Source of the DNA: a virus
IMG/VR virus record: IMGVR_UViG_3300045988_146774
Coordinates: 107,897-171,896 of that record
Direction: 5' to 3' (one strand)
DNA: 64,000 nucleotides
The translations under genes and the position numbers were made by a program. Below are positions 62,648 through 64,000 of the stretch, piece by piece. The stretch's first letter is position 1, and each line of letters starts with the position of its first letter. The notes under the pieces are model-generated. The model saw only the letters and a list, made by a program, of their open reading frames with translations. It was not told where the DNA came from and ran no database searches.

Positions 62648-62938
62648 TTACGAACATTTGTTTGTTTTATTCCATTTAGGGAAAAGAATATTTCTTAGAA
62701 TATCACGATTACTTTTCAATTCTCCATCAAGCGAGAGAATTCCAAAAATATCATTTTCATCATAAGAAATGCTTTTCGCAATTTCTACTAATTCTTTTCC
62801 ATATTTTTTTTCTCTTCTTTCTGGTTTCTCATGTATAAGTGTTTTTCTATCCAAGCAGATTATTGTAATTTTGTCTACAGGTGCATTATCTATTATTTGT
62901 TTAGCTGTTTTTTTATCTACAATATTAATACTCATCAT
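62648..62938 (-). CDS. hypothetical protein coupled downstream of the MazF-like gene
   Basis: ATG 62938 overlaps the toxin TGA (ATGA). 96 aa (MMSINIVDKK..). No motif recognised. Confidence 0.55.
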   Translation of the reverse strand: MMSINIVDKKTAKQIIDNAPVDKITIICLDRKTLIHEKPERREKKYGKELVEIAKSISYDENDIFGILSLDGELKSNRDILRNILFPKWNKTNKCS

Positions 62939-63336
62939 GCTAACACTTCCTCCCATTTAATATTTTCACCGTAAAACAATGTATTAAAGCAAACTTTATT
63001 TACAATATCTCTTTGTTTTTGATCTGCAATATTACCAAGTTTTTTGATGATTTCATGATTTTTGTCCAATGTCTGAGGTTGTTCGCCAAGAACCATCGAG
63101 TACAGATGTAATCCATTTCCTTCTTTAGCTTCAATACAACCATGCACCGGCATATTTTTTCTTTTTATTACATGAGTTAAAGGCATAGCAATTACAGTTG
63201 GAGCAGTTGCTGTGCCTAACTCATTGCCAACTATCACATATGGACGTTTTTTCTTCTGTATTGATCCAGATGTTTCTTTCATTATAATTTCTGCTTCAAT
63301 TATATCGTAGCGATGTAAATTTCTTTTACTTTCCAT
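62935..63336 (-). CDS. MazF/PemK-family endoribonuclease toxin-like protein
   Basis: 133 aa. Aligns by eye with B. subtilis EndoA/MazF: YDIIEAEI..GSIQKKKRPYVIVGN..APTVIAMPLT..HGCIEAK..SMVLGEQPQTLDK. Confidence 0.75.
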   Translation of the reverse strand: MESKRNLHRYDIIEAEIIMKETSGSIQKKKRPYVIVGNELGTATAPTVIAMPLTHVIKRKNMPVHGCIEAKEGNGLHLYSMVLGEQPQTLDKNHEIIKKLGNIADQKQRDIVNKVCFNTLFYGENIKWEEVLA

Positions 63337-63382
63337 ATGTATTCCTCCTTTCGTTATGTATTGCTTACCTTTGAATGTATTG
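63337..63382. promoter_or_regulatory. three ATGTATT(G) direct repeats in the divergent control region
   Basis: ATGTATT at 63337, ATGTATTG at 63356 and 63375 (19-nt spacing), between the MazF-like start and the XRE promoter. Confidence 0.4.
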
Positions 63383-63460
63383 TACGATATTTCAGACTGT
63401 TTGTCAAGTATTTTGTCTTATATAACGTACTTTTTATCATTTTTAGTTCGTTTTTAATAC

Positions 63461-63489
63461 TTTCCAATATGTTTAGTATATGTTATAAT
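63461..63489 (+). promoter_or_regulatory. extended -10 promoter for the XRE gene
   Basis: TTTCCA (63461-63466), 17-nt spacer, TGtTATAAT (-10 at 63484-63489). Confidence 0.5.
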
Positions 63490-63529
63490 AATTCGAGCAT
63501 CCTTTTACATATATAAAGGAGGTATGAAG

Positions 63530-63871
63530 ATGAAGATAAATATTTCTGAATTTATTAACGACTGTGAATTATCAAAAGGAGAAATAATAAAATATCTTGG
63601 GATATCAAGATCTACTTTCTATGCATTATATAAAGGAGAGGCAACAAGTATTCAATTTGAAACTCTTCAAAAACTTTGTGTTTTATTCCATTGTACACCC
63701 AATGACTTATTCACAGATTATAGCAAATCAAAAAAGGATAATTCTCAATTACCAAAAGAAGAATTCGCTAAAGATGCACACGTTAGTTTTGGAGAAATTA
63801 TAGATGAAGTATTTTCAGAACGAGTAAAGGCTTTAATAAAAGAATATAACGAAAAAGACGATACCAAATAA
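63530..63871 (+). CDS. XRE-family helix-turn-helix transcriptional regulator
   Basis: ATG 63530 lies 7 nt after AAGGAGG (the track ATG 63524 is only 1 nt from the SD). HTH LSKGEIIKYLGISRSTFYALYKG..LQKLCVLFHCTPNDLF. Confidence 0.8.
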   Translation: MKINISEFINDCELSKGEIIKYLGISRSTFYALYKGEATSIQFETLQKLCVLFHCTPNDLFTDYSKSKKDNSQLPKEEFAKDAHVSFGEIIDEVFSERVKALIKEYNEKDDTK

Positions 63872-63886
63872 GTATCGTCTTTTCTA
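63854..63886 (+). terminator. rho-independent terminator of the XRE gene
   Basis: AAAGACGATAC-caaataa-GTATCGTCTTT followed by a T-rich stretch. The stop codon lies in the loop. Confidence 0.7.
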
Positions 63887-63925
63887 TATATAAGGATTCT
63901 TCGGGAGTATCCCAAAGTTTGTGTA

Positions 63926-63969
63926 AACCTCCAAACTGATGTAAGATAGAATTACTCAGTTTGGAGGTT
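63926..63969 (+). promoter_or_regulatory. 14-bp hairpin whose 3' arm contains the SD of the next gene
   Basis: AACCTCCAAACTGA-(16)-TCAGTTTGGAGGTT then TATTTT and the ATG at 63976. Confidence 0.5.
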
Positions 63970-63975
63970 TATTTT

Positions 63976-64000
63976 ATGGCAAGAAAAAAGGATTCACCAC
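63976..64000 (+). CDS. start of a plus-strand gene (5' fragment only)
   Basis: ATG 8 nt after GGAGG. MARKKDSP.. runs off the window. Confidence 0.4.

Noticed and set aside
1-64000. Host chromosome or plasmid origin rather than phage
   Set aside because: Several features together fit a large phage genome or prophage:
- uniform strand bias and dense small overlapping ORFs
- YopX and DUF2829 proteins
- an AAA_24 + SSB recombination module
- a private replisome, a tRNA island and twin methylases

Without structural genes in the window, this remains an inference.

Overview
The window reads as the early/middle (non-structural) region of a large, A+T-rich dsDNA phage or prophage of a Firmicutes-type host. 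No capsid, tail, terminase, lysis or integrase genes are visible. About 115 genes tile head-to-tail on the minus strand, many translationally coupled. Only the far right end and two tiny islands look plus-strand.

Modules from left to right:
- **Nucleotide and replication block (0.5-22.3 kb):** NAD-dependent ligase, ThyX-like protein and FolD. These are followed by a RecD2-like helicase, DnaE-type Pol III alpha, a RecJ-like DHH protein, primase, DnaB helicase, an AAA_24/Sak4-like ATPase and an SSB-like protein.
- **DUF2829 proteins:** two DUF2829 (Tad2-family-like) proteins, one carrying a RyR-like insertion.
- **tRNA island (25.4-26.3 kb):** a 1.4 kb ORF-free gap with five tRNA-shaped elements, most structurally aberrant. 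An A+T-rich repeat region follows.
- **SPFH pair:** an SPFH/band-7 protein with a micro-membrane partner.
- **RNA repair (30.5-32.7 kb):** a P-loop kinase-HD fusion plus an ATP-dependent RNA ligase.
- **Methyltransferases:** two adjacent C5-cytosine methyltransferases.
- **Small genes (37-48 kb):** a long run that includes YopX, a SLOG/DUF1273 protein and a radical SAM enzyme.
- **Radical SAM plus paralogs:** a second radical SAM enzyme followed by three tandem paralogs with a conserved ETNSSSxH N-terminus.
- **NAD+ operon (50.8-54.4 kb):** a tightly coupled five-gene operon, PncA - NMN/NaMN adenylyltransferase - PncB - NadE - Nudix. This is my top candidate for a phage counter-defence system against NAD+-depleting immunity.
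- **Regulatory right end:** a ParB-like protein plus a DUF262 protein, a sigma-70-family factor, a plus-strand sRNA-like unit, a MazF/PemK-like toxin with no canonical antitoxin, and a divergent XRE regulator.

A recurrent intergenic module delimits the operons. It combines a TATATA-box palindrome with an ATGAAA/TTTCAT hairpin.

All calls come from reading the translations and the sequence by eye. No database search was run.
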